Translations under genes and position numbers: made by a program
Assembly (NCBI GenBank): GCA_052168235.1
Contig: JBQLZK010000026.1
Coordinates: 1 to 64,000, forward strand
DNA length: 64,000 bases
Direction of reading: 5' to 3'
Source of the DNA: Thainema sp.
GTDB lineage: Bacteria > Cyanobacteriota > Cyanobacteriia > Phormidesmidales > Phormidesmidaceae
The notes under the pieces: generated by a model
Told to the model about the DNA's origin: nothing
The model's database searches: none
The model's input: the letters and a program-made list of their open reading frames with translations, nothing else
Shown: in pieces, positions 31,369-41,831 of the stretch
How the letters are laid out: each line of letters begins with the position of its first letter
How positions within the stretch are numbered: the stretch's first letter is position 1

Positions 31369-33369
31369 ATGGCTAATTCCTCCTCGTCGCGGCGTGCTCT
31401 AGTTGTACAAAACAACCTATCTCCCTTTGGCAATCAACTAGTTCAATCTGGGTTCGTTGATAGCGAGCAGATGCAACAAGCCCTCGTTGAAAGTCGGCGT
31501 TCGGGACGATCCTTGACGGATGTTCTGGAATCAATGACAGGCAAGCAGCTGCCACCAGATTTAATTCGTCAGTACAAAAAACAATACCTTTTTGAACTAA
31601 AAATCTTATACGGGATTGAATCTCTCGATCCGGAACTGAGCGATTTTCCTGATGTACAAATTGGCCAACTAATTGACGAGCTAATTCCAGTTGATATTTG
31701 CCGCCGCTATAAGCTGATTCCACTATCACAGCAAGAGGATCCACCCTCTGTACTGGTAGCTATGGTGAATCCTGAGAACTTAGATGCTCAAGACGACCTG
31801 AATCGGATTTTGCGCCCGAAGTCTCTCAAGTTGCAGCGCATGGTAATCACGACAGAAGACTTTCAAAGCCTGCTGTCCCGCTACTTGGATGAGCGAATTG
31901 AGCGCGAGAAACAGGACGAGTTTCGGAAGGCAACCGATGTTCAATCCGACATTGCCGGATTGGATAATCTAGATGACCTTGAAGATGCGGTAGACGAAGA
32001 GGCCGACCTCGGAGCAGCACTGCAAGACGCAGAGGCGGCACCTGTCATTGCTTTGGTGAATAAAATTCTTGTGAAAGCGCTTCAGGAAGGCGTTTCTGAT
32101 ATTCACGTTGAGCCACAAGAAGAATCCCTGCGAATTCGCTTCCGGAAAGATGGCGTTCTACGGCAAGCATTCGATCCGCTGCCCAAAAAGATTGTGTCTG
32201 CGGTCACGGCTCGTTTCAAGATTATTTCGAACCTTGACATTGCTGAGCGTCGCGCACCCCAGGATGGCCGGATTCGTCGAATGTACCAAGGCCGCAAGGT
32301 CGATTTCCGGGTCAACACTCTTCCTTGTAACTATGGGGAAAAGGTTGTACTACGGATTCTAGATAACTCTTCAACTCAACTGGGACTGGATAAGCTAATC
32401 ACCGACCCAGAAACGCTGAAGATTGTGCAGGACATGGCATCTCGTCCCTTTGGTTTGATCCTGGTTACAGGTCCAACGGGTTCAGGTAAAACGACAACCC
32501 TGTATTCTGTTCTGGCCGAACGGAATGATCCAGGCGTCAATATCAGTACGGCAGAAGATCCGATTGAATATACGCTGCCCGGTTTAACACAGGTGCAAGT
32601 CATTCGTGAAAAGGGCATGGATTTTGCGTCCATCCTACGGGCGTTTTTGCGACAAGACCCGGATGTCATTCTGGTGGGTGAGACACGAGATAAGGAAACG
32701 GCCAAAACGGCAATTGAGGCTGCACTAACGGGACACCTTGTATTAACAACCTTACATACGAATGATGCCCCAAGTGCGATCGCACGTTTAGAGGAGATGG
32801 GCGTTGAATCATTTATGGTTTCCAGTTCTCTACTGGGCGTCCTAGCACAGCGTCTTGTCCGTCGCGTCTGTCAAGACTGCCGTATTCCCTATAATCCTGA
32901 ACGAGAAGAATTGGCTCGATTTGGTTTGTCAACCTCTGCTCATGCCGATATTACTCTGTACCGAGCAAACAGCCTCCAGCCAGAAGAAATTCAAGCGGCC
33001 CGTAAAGACAATACACTTTGTAAAACCTGCAACGGTGTTGGCTACAAAGGTCGCTGTGGTGTCTACGAGGTAATGCGAGTCACAGAGAATATTCAGGCTC
33101 TGATTACAGAAGGTGCGCCGACAGAACGGATTAAGGAAGTAGCAGTCGAGGAGGGAATGAAAACTTTGCTCGCTTATAGCCTAGATCTCGTTTCTCAAGG
33201 ACTAACCACATTAGATGAAGTTGAGCGGGTTACCTTCACCGATTCGGGCTTAGAAGCAGAATTGAAAGCCAAACGAAAAACTTCACTGACCTGCCGAGTG
33301 TGTGGAGCAGGACTCGAACCCGAATGGCTTGATTGTCCATACTGCACAACACCGCGATTCCAAGATTAA
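31369..33369 (+). CDS. pilB: Type IV pilus assembly ATPase PilB
   Basis: GspE/PilB: SDIHVEP, GPTGSGKTT, RQDPDVILVGE, TGHLVLTTLH, tetracysteine motif; extra C-terminal CxxC...CPxC tail. Confidence 0.96.
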   Translation: MANSSSSRRALVVQNNLSPFGNQLVQSGFVDSEQMQQALVESRRSGRSLTDVLESMTGKQLPPDLIRQYKKQYLFELKILYGIESLDPELSDFPDVQIGQLIDELIPVDICRRYKLIPLSQQEDPPSVLVAMVNPENLDAQDDLNRILRPKSLKLQRMVITTEDFQSLLSRYLDERIEREKQDEFRKATDVQSDIAGLDNLDDLEDAVDEEADLGAALQDAEAAPVIALVNKILVKALQEGVSDIHVEPQEESLRIRFRKDGVLRQAFDPLPKKIVSAVTARFKIISNLDIAERRAPQDGRIRRMYQGRKVDFRVNTLPCNYGEKVVLRILDNSSTQLGLDKLITDPETLKIVQDMASRPFGLILVTGPTGSGKTTTLYSVLAERNDPGVNISTAEDPIEYTLPGLTQVQVIREKGMDFASILRAFLRQDPDVILVGETRDKETAKTAIEAALTGHLVLTTLHTNDAPSAIARLEEMGVESFMVSSSLLGVLAQRLVRRVCQDCRIPYNPEREELARFGLSTSAHADITLYRANSLQPEEIQAARKDNTLCKTCNGVGYKGRCGVYEVMRVTENIQALITEGAPTERIKEVAVEEGMKTLLAYSLDLVSQGLTTLDEVERVTFTDSGLEAELKAKRKTSLTCRVCGAGLEPEWLDCPYCTTPRFQD

Positions 33370-33527
33370 GAATAAAAGCCGTGCAAGCTGATCACAAATG
33401 ATCTATTTTGTTTGGATCTAGGGCATCCTTGCACCAAACCCACCGTTGAAACTGGTAAACCGATTGGCAATTTCTATTGCCGAGCAGTTTGTATCGTTGT
33501 AGCAAAATCTTAGGATGAGGTACCTTC

Positions 33528-34640
33528 ATGGAACTAATGATTGAAGACCTAATGGAAGAGGTCGTTGAGCGGGGTGGTTCTGACCTGCATTTATCTGCGG
33601 GCTTACCTCCCTACATCCGCATTAGCGGCAAGCTAACCCCCACCGAGCATGAACCGATGTCTGCGGAACAGTGCCAACGGCTTATCTTCAGCATGCTCAA
33701 CAATACACAACGTAAGACGCTTGAACAAACCTGGGAACTTGACTGTTCTTATGGCGTTCGAGGGCTTGCTCGCTTCCGGGTCAACGTGTACAAAGATCGG
33801 GGAACCTATGCAGCTTGTTTGAGAGCACTGAGTTCTAAAATTCCTACTATGGAAGTGCTCGGCCTACCCAATATCGTGCGCGAGCTATCGGAAAAGCCTC
33901 GGGGTTTAATTTTGGTAACTGGCCCGACCGGATCAGGTAAGTCTACTACTCTGGCTTCCATGATCAACAACATCAACCTGACTCGGCCAGAGCACATTTT
34001 GACTGTTGAAGACCCAATTGAATTTGTATATGAACCCATTAAAAGCTTGATTCACCAGCGCCAAGTGGGCGAAGATACCAAGAGTTTTGCCAACGCGCTG
34101 AGAGCTGCTCTACGGGAAGATCCCGATGTCATCCTGGTCGGTGAGATGCGGGACTTAGAAACGATCTCGCTTGCGATCTCCGCTGCTGAAACTGGTCACT
34201 TGGTTTTTGGCACCTTACACACCAGCTCCGCATCCCAGACCGTTGACCGGATGGTAGACGTATTTCCGCCCGATCAGCAGCAACAGGTTCGAGTTCAGGT
34301 CTCCAACTCCCTCGTTGCTGTACTGAGCCAAACCCTAGTATCCAAAAAGAATCCGAAACCCGGTGAATTTGGACGGGTGATGGCGCAAGAAATTATGGTT
34401 GTCACGCCCGCTATTTCTAACCTGATTCGTGAGGGTAAAACTGCCCAAATTTATTCTGCAATTCAGACAGGTGGTAAGTTGTCGATGCAGACACTAGAAA
34501 AAGTGTTGGCCGACTACTGCAAACAGGGTGTGATCTCATTTGAAGATGCAATGTCAAAAACCTCCCGACCTGACGAACTGCAGAGACTGATCGGCGGTGC
34601 TGTGACAACTAATGCAGGAGCAGGAGCTGCACGCCACTAA
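33528..34640 (+). CDS. pilT: Type IV pilus retraction ATPase PilT
   Basis: SDLHL, GPTGSGKSTTLA, REDPDVILVGEMRD, AISNLIRE (AIRNLIRE-like). Confidence 0.96.
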   Translation: MELMIEDLMEEVVERGGSDLHLSAGLPPYIRISGKLTPTEHEPMSAEQCQRLIFSMLNNTQRKTLEQTWELDCSYGVRGLARFRVNVYKDRGTYAACLRALSSKIPTMEVLGLPNIVRELSEKPRGLILVTGPTGSGKSTTLASMINNINLTRPEHILTVEDPIEFVYEPIKSLIHQRQVGEDTKSFANALRAALREDPDVILVGEMRDLETISLAISAAETGHLVFGTLHTSSASQTVDRMVDVFPPDQQQQVRVQVSNSLVAVLSQTLVSKKNPKPGEFGRVMAQEIMVVTPAISNLIREGKTAQIYSAIQTGGKLSMQTLEKVLADYCKQGVISFEDAMSKTSRPDELQRLIGGAVTTNAGAGAARH

Positions 34641-34970
34641 TCTGCCCACTGGCCAGTTACTGGCGATCAAATAGGCAATCGAGATGTATTCGATATTGTC
34701 GTGAAATACCAACGGTAGCCAGCAGGTATTCAGTAAAGCTCAGCTCGAAAATGACTACTTGCTGGTTCCGTTTTCCAAATAGTTGAAAACATGATGTTGA
34801 AGTACTAGATATCATTACACTAAGAATCAGATTTTGATTCTTATCGGGAACTTGGCCTTCTCAGCCCTCCTGGTTTTCAAGTTAGATTGATGCTGTCTGA
34901 TAACTTATAACAATTTCTATCCTTAAGTGAGAGAAATTTTTAATCGCATAAATCCTTACAGGACAAAGCC

Positions 34971-36182
34971 ATGCCTACCTATGTTGCAACTGCCCGCGAT
35001 GCAGCTGGAAATTCTAAAAAGCAAAAAATCAAAGCGGACTCACCCAACGCTGCTCGTACCGCCCTACGAGAACAGGGTTTGTTTGTTCAGGACATCAAGG
35101 AAGATCAAGGCTTAAGTATTGATCTCAGCGATCTGTTAACCAGCGTATCTGTGAAAGATAAGGCGATTTTTTCACGTCAGTTTGCTGCACTGGTTAATGC
35201 TGGTGTAGCTTTGGTTAGGGGACTGGGCATTTTGTCAGAGCAGTGTCCAAACCCCAAGCTGAAGAAAGCACTACAAGCGGTCAGTGCCGAGGTACAGCAG
35301 GGCACCAATCTTTCAGATGCAATGAGTAAACATCCGCATTGTTTTGATGATTTATACGTAGCGATGATTCAAGCTGGTGAGGTTGGTGGTGTACTGGATG
35401 AAGTGCTAAACCGCTTATCTAAACTGCTGGAAGATGTCGCCCGGTTACAAAACCAAATTAAGTCAGCGATGGCTTATCCGGTCACAGTAGGATTTTTGGC
35501 AGTCGTCATTTTTGTGGCAATGACGGTGTTCCTCTTGCCTATCTTTGCTGGCATTTTTGAGGAGTTGGGCACGACGCTGCCGCTCTTCACGCGCATCATG
35601 TTGGGCATTAGTAAAGTTCTAAGAACGCCTCAATACATTGTGGGCATTATTGTCATTATCGCGGGATTGAGCTTTGCTTATCGGCAATACTATAAAACTC
35701 GTGCTGGCCGTGAAGTAATTGATCGGTTGTCTCTTAAAATGCCCTTGTTCGGTGATTTGATTCAGAAAACGGCTACTGCTAGATTTTGTCGGACATTTGG
35801 TTCCTTATCTCGCTCTGGAGTTCCTATTCTGACCTCTTTAGAAATCACCCGTGATACGGCAGGAAATCAGATTATTTCAAATGCGATCGATCATGCGCGG
35901 GAAGAGGTGCAAAGCGGTGGCATGATGAGTCTGGCGCTACAGCGAGAACAGGTTTTTCCAATCATGGCGATTCAGATGATCAGTATTGGAGAAGAAACTG
36001 GTGAAATTGACCAGATGCTGATGAAGGTGGCTGACTTTTATGAAGATGAAATTGAACAGGCCGTCAAGGCACTAACGAGTATGTTGGAGCCAATTATGAT
36101 TGTGCTGTTGGGTGGTATGGTCGGCGCAATTTTGCTGTCGATGTATCTCCCAATGTTTGCAGTCTTCGATCAACTTGGATAA
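34971..36182 (+). CDS. pilC: Type IV pilus platform protein PilC (T2SS F family)
   Basis: Two T2SSF repeats (FSRQFA..GV, GEVGG.LD, AMAYP; GEETG, LEP), downstream of pilT. Confidence 0.95.
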   Translation: MPTYVATARDAAGNSKKQKIKADSPNAARTALREQGLFVQDIKEDQGLSIDLSDLLTSVSVKDKAIFSRQFAALVNAGVALVRGLGILSEQCPNPKLKKALQAVSAEVQQGTNLSDAMSKHPHCFDDLYVAMIQAGEVGGVLDEVLNRLSKLLEDVARLQNQIKSAMAYPVTVGFLAVVIFVAMTVFLLPIFAGIFEELGTTLPLFTRIMLGISKVLRTPQYIVGIIVIIAGLSFAYRQYYKTRAGREVIDRLSLKMPLFGDLIQKTATARFCRTFGSLSRSGVPILTSLEITRDTAGNQIISNAIDHAREEVQSGGMMSLALQREQVFPIMAIQMISIGEETGEIDQMLMKVADFYEDEIEQAVKALTSMLEPIMIVLLGGMVGAILLSMYLPMFAVFDQLG

Positions 36183-36290
36183 GGCTGAATCTACAGCTTA
36201 GAGTTTGGATTACGGATTTTGGCTAATTAGGAAAAGTAGAAGCAATAGACCTGTCTCACCTACATTAGCCAAGATCCAAGCAAAGTCTAG

Positions 36291-36923
36291 ATGGTTGATG
36301 CGATCGATGGAAAGACTATGGTTGTTTATCAAGTTCACTATGAAGAGTTGCTAGCGGAGTATAGCAACTATGACGGTGCGATCGCACTTTTGAAGCAGTA
36401 TCGTCCCTACCTGGAAACCATTCCGAGTATGCGGCGACCTGATGAAAGCGTTATCACCATTCCGCTACCGAATATTCGAGTCCGACAAACCATCTCAAAA
36501 CCCCATAGTGATCTCAAGGTGGCCGCAGGTGAAGTGATTCCGTTGCCCTGCGACGTCGTGATTCTCATGTGCGATCCAGAATGGAAAATCAAAACGGGTG
36601 TTGAGATTCCCATCTATATTCATCGACCTCAAGAAGATTTTTCGGCGTTGTTGACGCGCTGGCGACACACTCAGGTGCTACTGAGCCAAGAATATGAGTG
36701 GCTCATGCCAATGCGCCATAAACATTTGTTGAGCGAAGGGGCTGATAAAGTACTACCCCTATTTGTAGTATTTCCGGAAACACCGGATCGAATTTTGCGG
36801 GGACTGCGAGGAGCAGGTTTACCGTTTGTCGTCTCACAATCACCCGCCATTCAGGAAAATTTTGCCGGAGCGGATGATGAGTCTGCCTCATCCCGTGAGT
36901 CCCAGGATCAACCGCAGGACTAG
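36291..36923 (+). CDS. Conserved hypothetical protein
   Basis: 210-aa ORF co-oriented downstream of pilC; no recognised motif; start could be 36318. Confidence 0.7.
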   Translation: MVDAIDGKTMVVYQVHYEELLAEYSNYDGAIALLKQYRPYLETIPSMRRPDESVITIPLPNIRVRQTISKPHSDLKVAAGEVIPLPCDVVILMCDPEWKIKTGVEIPIYIHRPQEDFSALLTRWRHTQVLLSQEYEWLMPMRHKHLLSEGADKVLPLFVVFPETPDRILRGLRGAGLPFVVSQSPAIQENFAGADDESASSRESQDQPQD

Positions 36924-37029
36924 GCAATTAACAGTTAACTTAATTAACTAACTACTTTTGCGTGGGCTGAAGGATACTCAGAAATAACGAGCATAGTTTG
37001 TTTTAAGCAACTTGCCCACCGCTCGGCCA

Positions 37030-39009
37030 TCAAAGCCTATCGGTGTCAAATGTAGTAACATCCAGTCCATCGGTATCTAATCCAGCCCTAACCTTCGAGC
37101 CGTCGATATTCAGCATATTCCAGGGTAAGTGAGGGCCGAGTTGTGCTGCTGTGCTGGTGCTGCCTGGGAATAGCGTGGGCTGTTGCGATCGCAAAATTGT
37201 TTGCTGTAGGGTAGCGACTTGATGCCAAGCACCTAGCGCTTCTAAGTGAATTGCAGAGGCCAACTGGCGGAGCGGTGTGTTGGTGCCGCCCTCTGGACGC
37301 GCTGTCACCCGTAGCCACTGCGACAAGCCAGGGGGAAGTTCTTCGTTCAGCCGCAGGGGCAAACCTTCAGTTGCAAATGACTGGGCGTATTGAGCCGTCA
37401 GGAAAGGCTGATAGCGATCCGCTTGCGGCGTTTTTTGCATGATGAAGGCCAAGCTAATTCCGCGTACAAACTGACGCAGTGCATCAGTCTCATAACCTGG
37501 GCGCTCTCGAATCAGCGGATTTTCCGTCAGAGCTGGATTCAGATAGGCCGGATCGCCCACGCTGAGATGGGTGCCACGCACAGCAGTAATGAGGTATTTT
37601 TCACTGTGCAGTTGCTCAAATGGCCAAAGCTGCTGAGAAATGGCGGGTGTAACCGGATCTTCAGTCCCGCTCAGCATCAGGGTTGGAACGCGTACTCCCT
37701 GTAGGCCGTGCTGACCAAATAGTTGACCAATGATTGGATTAAATAGCATCACTTGCCGAATCCGATGATCGGCCAGTGATTGACGAGGTCTATTCAAGTC
37801 GGTGGCAGCGCACTGGAGCCAATCAGCTGGAGACAAGTCAACTGATCGCTGATTCTGGCAAAAAGCCTGTAGCTCAGGCAATGAGAGTCGTGCGCCTGCC
37901 AAAACTAGCGCTGTATAGCCGCCCATTGAGTGGCCAATAATACTGACCTCATTGGTGTTGAGTCGTCCTTTGAGGACGTGGGAATACTGATTGAGCCATT
38001 CAAGATGGTCGAGTACAAAGGAAACATCCTGAGGCCGATCAATAAACTCAGTGGCGGGTAAAATGCGGCTGGCTTCGCTTTGATCCGGCACATCCCCGTC
38101 AGATGTGTCACGAAACAGCGTTGTTAAGGCGGCAACATTACTGCCGGGATGCTCAATGGAGGCAACAACAAAGCCATAAGAAGCTAAATGTTCAGCCAGA
38201 TAGGTTAAGAATTTGCGATCAGCTCCAAATCCGTGGGAAATGACAATCAGCGGTCCGTGCGAGTAGCGCTTGCTCCAGTACAGCTCGACGGGAATCAAGC
38301 GATCGCGTTCTGTATCGCGGAGTAGCAGCCCTCGGTGACGAGTGGAAAACGGGCCGACCTGAGTTGGATCAACGGTTGAAGGTAAAGCAGATTCCTCCTC
38401 ATCGGTGGCAACATAAAGCTGCTGCGCCAGAACAGCCCCCATAGACTGGCTTTGTAAATAGGAAAAATTGATCTGTGAGGCAAACATGGTGGCTGCCAGG
38501 GCATCAATCGTCACGGTTTCCTGCGGCAGAGCCTTTAACATCCCTAATAAACTCAGCTTTTGATCCCGTTGAGCCGCTACGGTGAGCGCTGATCGTAGTT
38601 CTGGAATCGAAACATCTGGAGTTATTTCTCCGAGGGATTCGATCAGCCTCACGCCACTGCGAGTTTGCAATAAATCCTTAACGACTTTGTTGCCAAGATC
38701 CGGGTTGACTGCGAGCTGGTCAGACAAAATGCGCTGCACGTTGGGCGTGAGCAACGGATGGTAAAGCGATAAGCTGTCGGGTGGCTCACCAGTTTTAGCA
38801 AAGGCTTCTAAATCTGCGATCGCAACGGATTGCTTGACGGGACCAACTTGAATAATCAATCGCTCTGCGGCACGGGTGCGGAGTTGACTTCCTGCCAGCA
38901 GTAAACCGCTCATACATAAAATTGAGCCAATCTGCCGAAGTCGCCGCTTTAACAGGGCAGGCCGATTGCGGACACTGGGTGTCAACAAATTGATCGATAA
39001 ACTCAGCAT
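37030..39009 (-). CDS. DUF1400 + alpha/beta hydrolase (PAF-acetylhydrolase-like)
   Basis: AAERL..VG..SVAIADLEAFA DUF1400-like N-terminus, SHGFG, HPGS, GHSMGG nucleophile elbow; start chosen at the ATG at 39009 (ORF extends to 39111). Confidence 0.85.
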   Translation of the reverse strand: MLSLSINLLTPSVRNRPALLKRRLRQIGSILCMSGLLLAGSQLRTRAAERLIIQVGPVKQSVAIADLEAFAKTGEPPDSLSLYHPLLTPNVQRILSDQLAVNPDLGNKVVKDLLQTRSGVRLIESLGEITPDVSIPELRSALTVAAQRDQKLSLLGMLKALPQETVTIDALAATMFASQINFSYLQSQSMGAVLAQQLYVATDEEESALPSTVDPTQVGPFSTRHRGLLLRDTERDRLIPVELYWSKRYSHGPLIVISHGFGADRKFLTYLAEHLASYGFVVASIEHPGSNVAALTTLFRDTSDGDVPDQSEASRILPATEFIDRPQDVSFVLDHLEWLNQYSHVLKGRLNTNEVSIIGHSMGGYTALVLAGARLSLPELQAFCQNQRSVDLSPADWLQCAATDLNRPRQSLADHRIRQVMLFNPIIGQLFGQHGLQGVRVPTLMLSGTEDPVTPAISQQLWPFEQLHSEKYLITAVRGTHLSVGDPAYLNPALTENPLIRERPGYETDALRQFVRGISLAFIMQKTPQADRYQPFLTAQYAQSFATEGLPLRLNEELPPGLSQWLRVTARPEGGTNTPLRQLASAIHLEALGAWHQVATLQQTILRSQQPTLFPGSTSTAAQLGPHLPWNMLNIDGSKVRAGLDTDGLDVTTFDTDRL

Positions 39010-39114
39010 TCTCAAATGGCTCAATGACAGAGATAGAGATATGTTGTTTTCCAACGTATCCAAACAGCCAACGTATCCAAACAGTAAGTAAGTTGGCATA
39101 AGTAAATGCAAAAG

Positions 39115-39164
39115 CTAAAAACCGGGGGAGAGCCCCTCCGGAGGGGCTCTCCCCCGGTTTTTAG
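39115..39164. repeat. Perfect 50-bp palindrome / bidirectional terminator-like hairpin
   Basis: CTAAAAACCGGGGGAGAGCCCCTCC|GGAGGGGCTCTCCCCCGGTTTTTAG. Confidence 0.9.
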
Positions 39165-39536
39165 TATGCGTTCATTTACATACAGCTACATTACCTAAAC
39201 AGTAACGGACAGATATAGACCCGTTATGTTCCTCTCAACGTACCCAAAATTGACTTTTCACACTGCATCATCAACAACTGGCTTTACGAAGTTTGACAAA
39301 ATGTGGTCAGCTCAATCAGCTTAAATTGAACAGTACGATCATGATGCAGTGCAAGCTGGCAATATAAGCCCTGCCTCATGAGTTCGTGTTGGCAGGGAAT
39401 ATAAGCAGCGCCATTTGTTCAGTGTAGTTTAATCAATCTTTTGGCCTATTCACTCTATCTATAGATCCTTAATTTCTACAGATACCTAAGATACTGATCA
39501 GACACTCAAATACATTACAAATTCGTTACACTGCTT

Positions 39537-40169
39537 ATGCCCCAGATTACGATTTACGGAACTCCGGTTAGCACCTACGTTCGCACGACGCGCATGCTGC
39601 TCGAATCAGCAGGCGTTGACTATGACTTGCAGGATGTTGGCATTTTTAACGGCGAGAATCAGTCATCGGATTACTTAGCTAAGAATCCATTCGGTAAAGT
39701 GCCCACACTAGAGGTAGACGGCACCCTGATGTATGAAACCAGTGCCATTACGGACTACGTCAACACCACTCTCGCCAACGGCAAATATAGCCCCGCTGAT
39801 CCGCTGCTGCGGGCGCGGATGCTCCAAATTATGAGCATTGTTGATAACTATCTCTATCCGGCTGTAATTGGCAAAATTGTAATTCAGCGGCTGATTGTGC
39901 CCAGCCAGGGTGGACAAACTGATGAGCAGATCGTAAAAAGTGCGATCGCACCTGCCCACACCGCCATCGCCGCCATTGAAGCCCTGATTGCAGATGTGCC
40001 CTATCTGCTGGGTAGCGAATTGAGTCTTGCCGACCTGTATGTGATTCCGGTGCTGCTCTACCTGGCTCAAACGCCAGAGTTTCAGCCCGTGATGAGCGAG
40101 TCGCCCAAACTGCTCAACTGGTGGCAAAAAGCCAGTCAACTACCCGTTGTGCAAACGGTTTGCCAGTAG
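39537..40169 (+). CDS. Glutathione S-transferase family protein
   Basis: NPFGKVP, YETSAI..Y, YLLG..LSLADL. Confidence 0.93.
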   Translation: MPQITIYGTPVSTYVRTTRMLLESAGVDYDLQDVGIFNGENQSSDYLAKNPFGKVPTLEVDGTLMYETSAITDYVNTTLANGKYSPADPLLRARMLQIMSIVDNYLYPAVIGKIVIQRLIVPSQGGQTDEQIVKSAIAPAHTAIAAIEALIADVPYLLGSELSLADLYVIPVLLYLAQTPEFQPVMSESPKLLNWWQKASQLPVVQTVCQ

Positions 40170-40237
40170 CCTGCCCTAACACAATGCAGATATTTTCGCC
40201 AGTAGAGAATTCCATCAGAGGACAGACCCTCATTTAG

Positions 40238-40255
40238 TTTACACATTGTTACAAT
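40238..40255 (+). promoter_or_regulatory. HLR1-like (RpaB) direct repeat upstream of the M50 protease
   Basis: TTTACACA-TT-GTTACAAT matches (G/T)TTACA(T/A)(T/A)-N2-repeat with one mismatch. Confidence 0.4.
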
Positions 40256-40545
40256 GCGGTTAATGCTTCAGTTTGTATGTGCTGCGCCGAGTAAAAGCCT
40301 CTTACGCTGCATGTTCCAACTGAATGGCATGATCACTCCAAGGGAAAGTCAATCGTCCTGTTGATCGTGATCCATTTTGCGATCGCGCCAGTATCAAGTC
40401 CGTGTAGAAGAACCCAATTTATTTGTTTTTTGTGAAAGCTTATCAGCAAGTAATTGGCTTTTAACCGGACTTTGGATAACTAGACATTTCAGTATTTACC
40501 TAGATATTGAGCGATTGCCTTTTCCGTTGAACGATAAGGAATCAC

Positions 40546-41670
40546 ATGAACGGTTTAAGATTTGGCAATTTATTTGGCATTCCGTTTTACATCAATCCCT
40601 CTTGGTTTTTAGTCCTCGCACTTGTCACCTGGGATTATGGCGGCGGACTGGCTCAGCAGTTTCCCACGCTGACGGGTGCTGCTCCCTGGTTATTAGGTTT
40701 AGGCGCGGCGCTGCTGCTGTTTGCGTCCGTGCTGGCTCATGAACTGGGTCACAGCTTCGTGGCCATTCGTCAGGGCATCAACGTAAAGTCCATCACCCTA
40801 TTCATCTTTGGTGGACTGGCTAGCCTGGAACGAGAATCAGACAGTCCGGCGGAAGCATTCTGGGTTGCGATCGCGGGCCCATTAGTTAGCTTCATGCTGT
40901 TTTTCCTCTTCATGGCAATCAGCATCTTGGCTCCGATTTCTGGGCCAATTGCAGCGATTGTAAACTTACTGGCTTACATCAACCTGGCAATTGGTTTATT
41001 TAACCTGATTCCCGGTTTGCCCTTGGACGGCGGCAACGTCCTGAAGTCCCTGGTCTGGAAGATTACGGGTAATTCCTATAAAGGAATGACCTTTGCTGGT
41101 CGAGTTGGCCAATTCATCGGCTGGAGCGCCATCGGCCTCAGCGTACTGTCCTTCTTCGGCCTCAGCCCTATCGGTAGTGTTTGGACTCTGTTGATCGGTT
41201 GGTTCTTGCTACGAAATGCTGGGTTTGCGGCACAGTCCGCTCAATTCCAAGAGCGCTTGGACGGCTTGACCGCTGGCGATGTGGTTGAACCCGATAGCCC
41301 CGTAATCGCGGCTACTGCATCCCTACGCCAGTTTGCTGACGAGTCAATCTTGAATCAAAATAGCGGTTGGCAGCGGTTCTTGGTCACGGATGACGATCAG
41401 CAGCTCATGGGTACGGCATCCATTGAAGATTTGAAGCAGATTCCAATTGACCAGTGGGAAACGCAGACAGTGCGCGATATCGCTAAGCGAACTGAATCTG
41501 AGCTAACTATTCAATCGAATCGCCCTCTGCTGGACGTGATTCAACTTCTGGAAGAAAAGCGCTTATCCGCTCTCACCGTCATCACTGAAAACGGTAACGT
41601 TGTTGGACTGCTAGAAAAAAGCGCCATTATCGATCGTTTGCGCAATCCCAATCAGCTTAAATCTGTGTAG
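40546..41670 (+). CDS. Site-2 protease (M50) with CBS domains
   Basis: HELGH zinc motif, AGP, FNLIPGLPLDGG, C-terminal CBS pair. Confidence 0.94.
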   Translation: MNGLRFGNLFGIPFYINPSWFLVLALVTWDYGGGLAQQFPTLTGAAPWLLGLGAALLLFASVLAHELGHSFVAIRQGINVKSITLFIFGGLASLERESDSPAEAFWVAIAGPLVSFMLFFLFMAISILAPISGPIAAIVNLLAYINLAIGLFNLIPGLPLDGGNVLKSLVWKITGNSYKGMTFAGRVGQFIGWSAIGLSVLSFFGLSPIGSVWTLLIGWFLLRNAGFAAQSAQFQERLDGLTAGDVVEPDSPVIAATASLRQFADESILNQNSGWQRFLVTDDDQQLMGTASIEDLKQIPIDQWETQTVRDIAKRTESELTIQSNRPLLDVIQLLEEKRLSALTVITENGNVVGLLEKSAIIDRLRNPNQLKSV

Positions 41671-41758
41671 AGTAAGGCGCGTGAAGTAACGCTTGATGCA
41701 TGAAGAAGGAGGCGTAAAAACTGGCCTTCCTTAATCGGCACAGTCAGACAGCACAGTT

Positions 41759-41798
41759 AAAGCCAGAAAGCGTTCCCGTGGGAGCGCTTTCTGGCTTT
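41759..41798. terminator. Bidirectional intrinsic terminator
   Basis: AAAGCCAGAAAGCGTTCCC-GT-GGGAGCGCTTTCTGGCTTT between convergent genes. Confidence 0.75.
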
Positions 41799-41831
41799 TG
41801 GTGCAAAATTAGATCACAAGAACGAATTGGC

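Noticed and set aside
39010..39111. N-terminal extension of the DUF1400 hydrolase
   Set aside because: Overlaps the 17-bp tandem repeat in the intergenic region; a downstream ATG gives a more typical N-terminus
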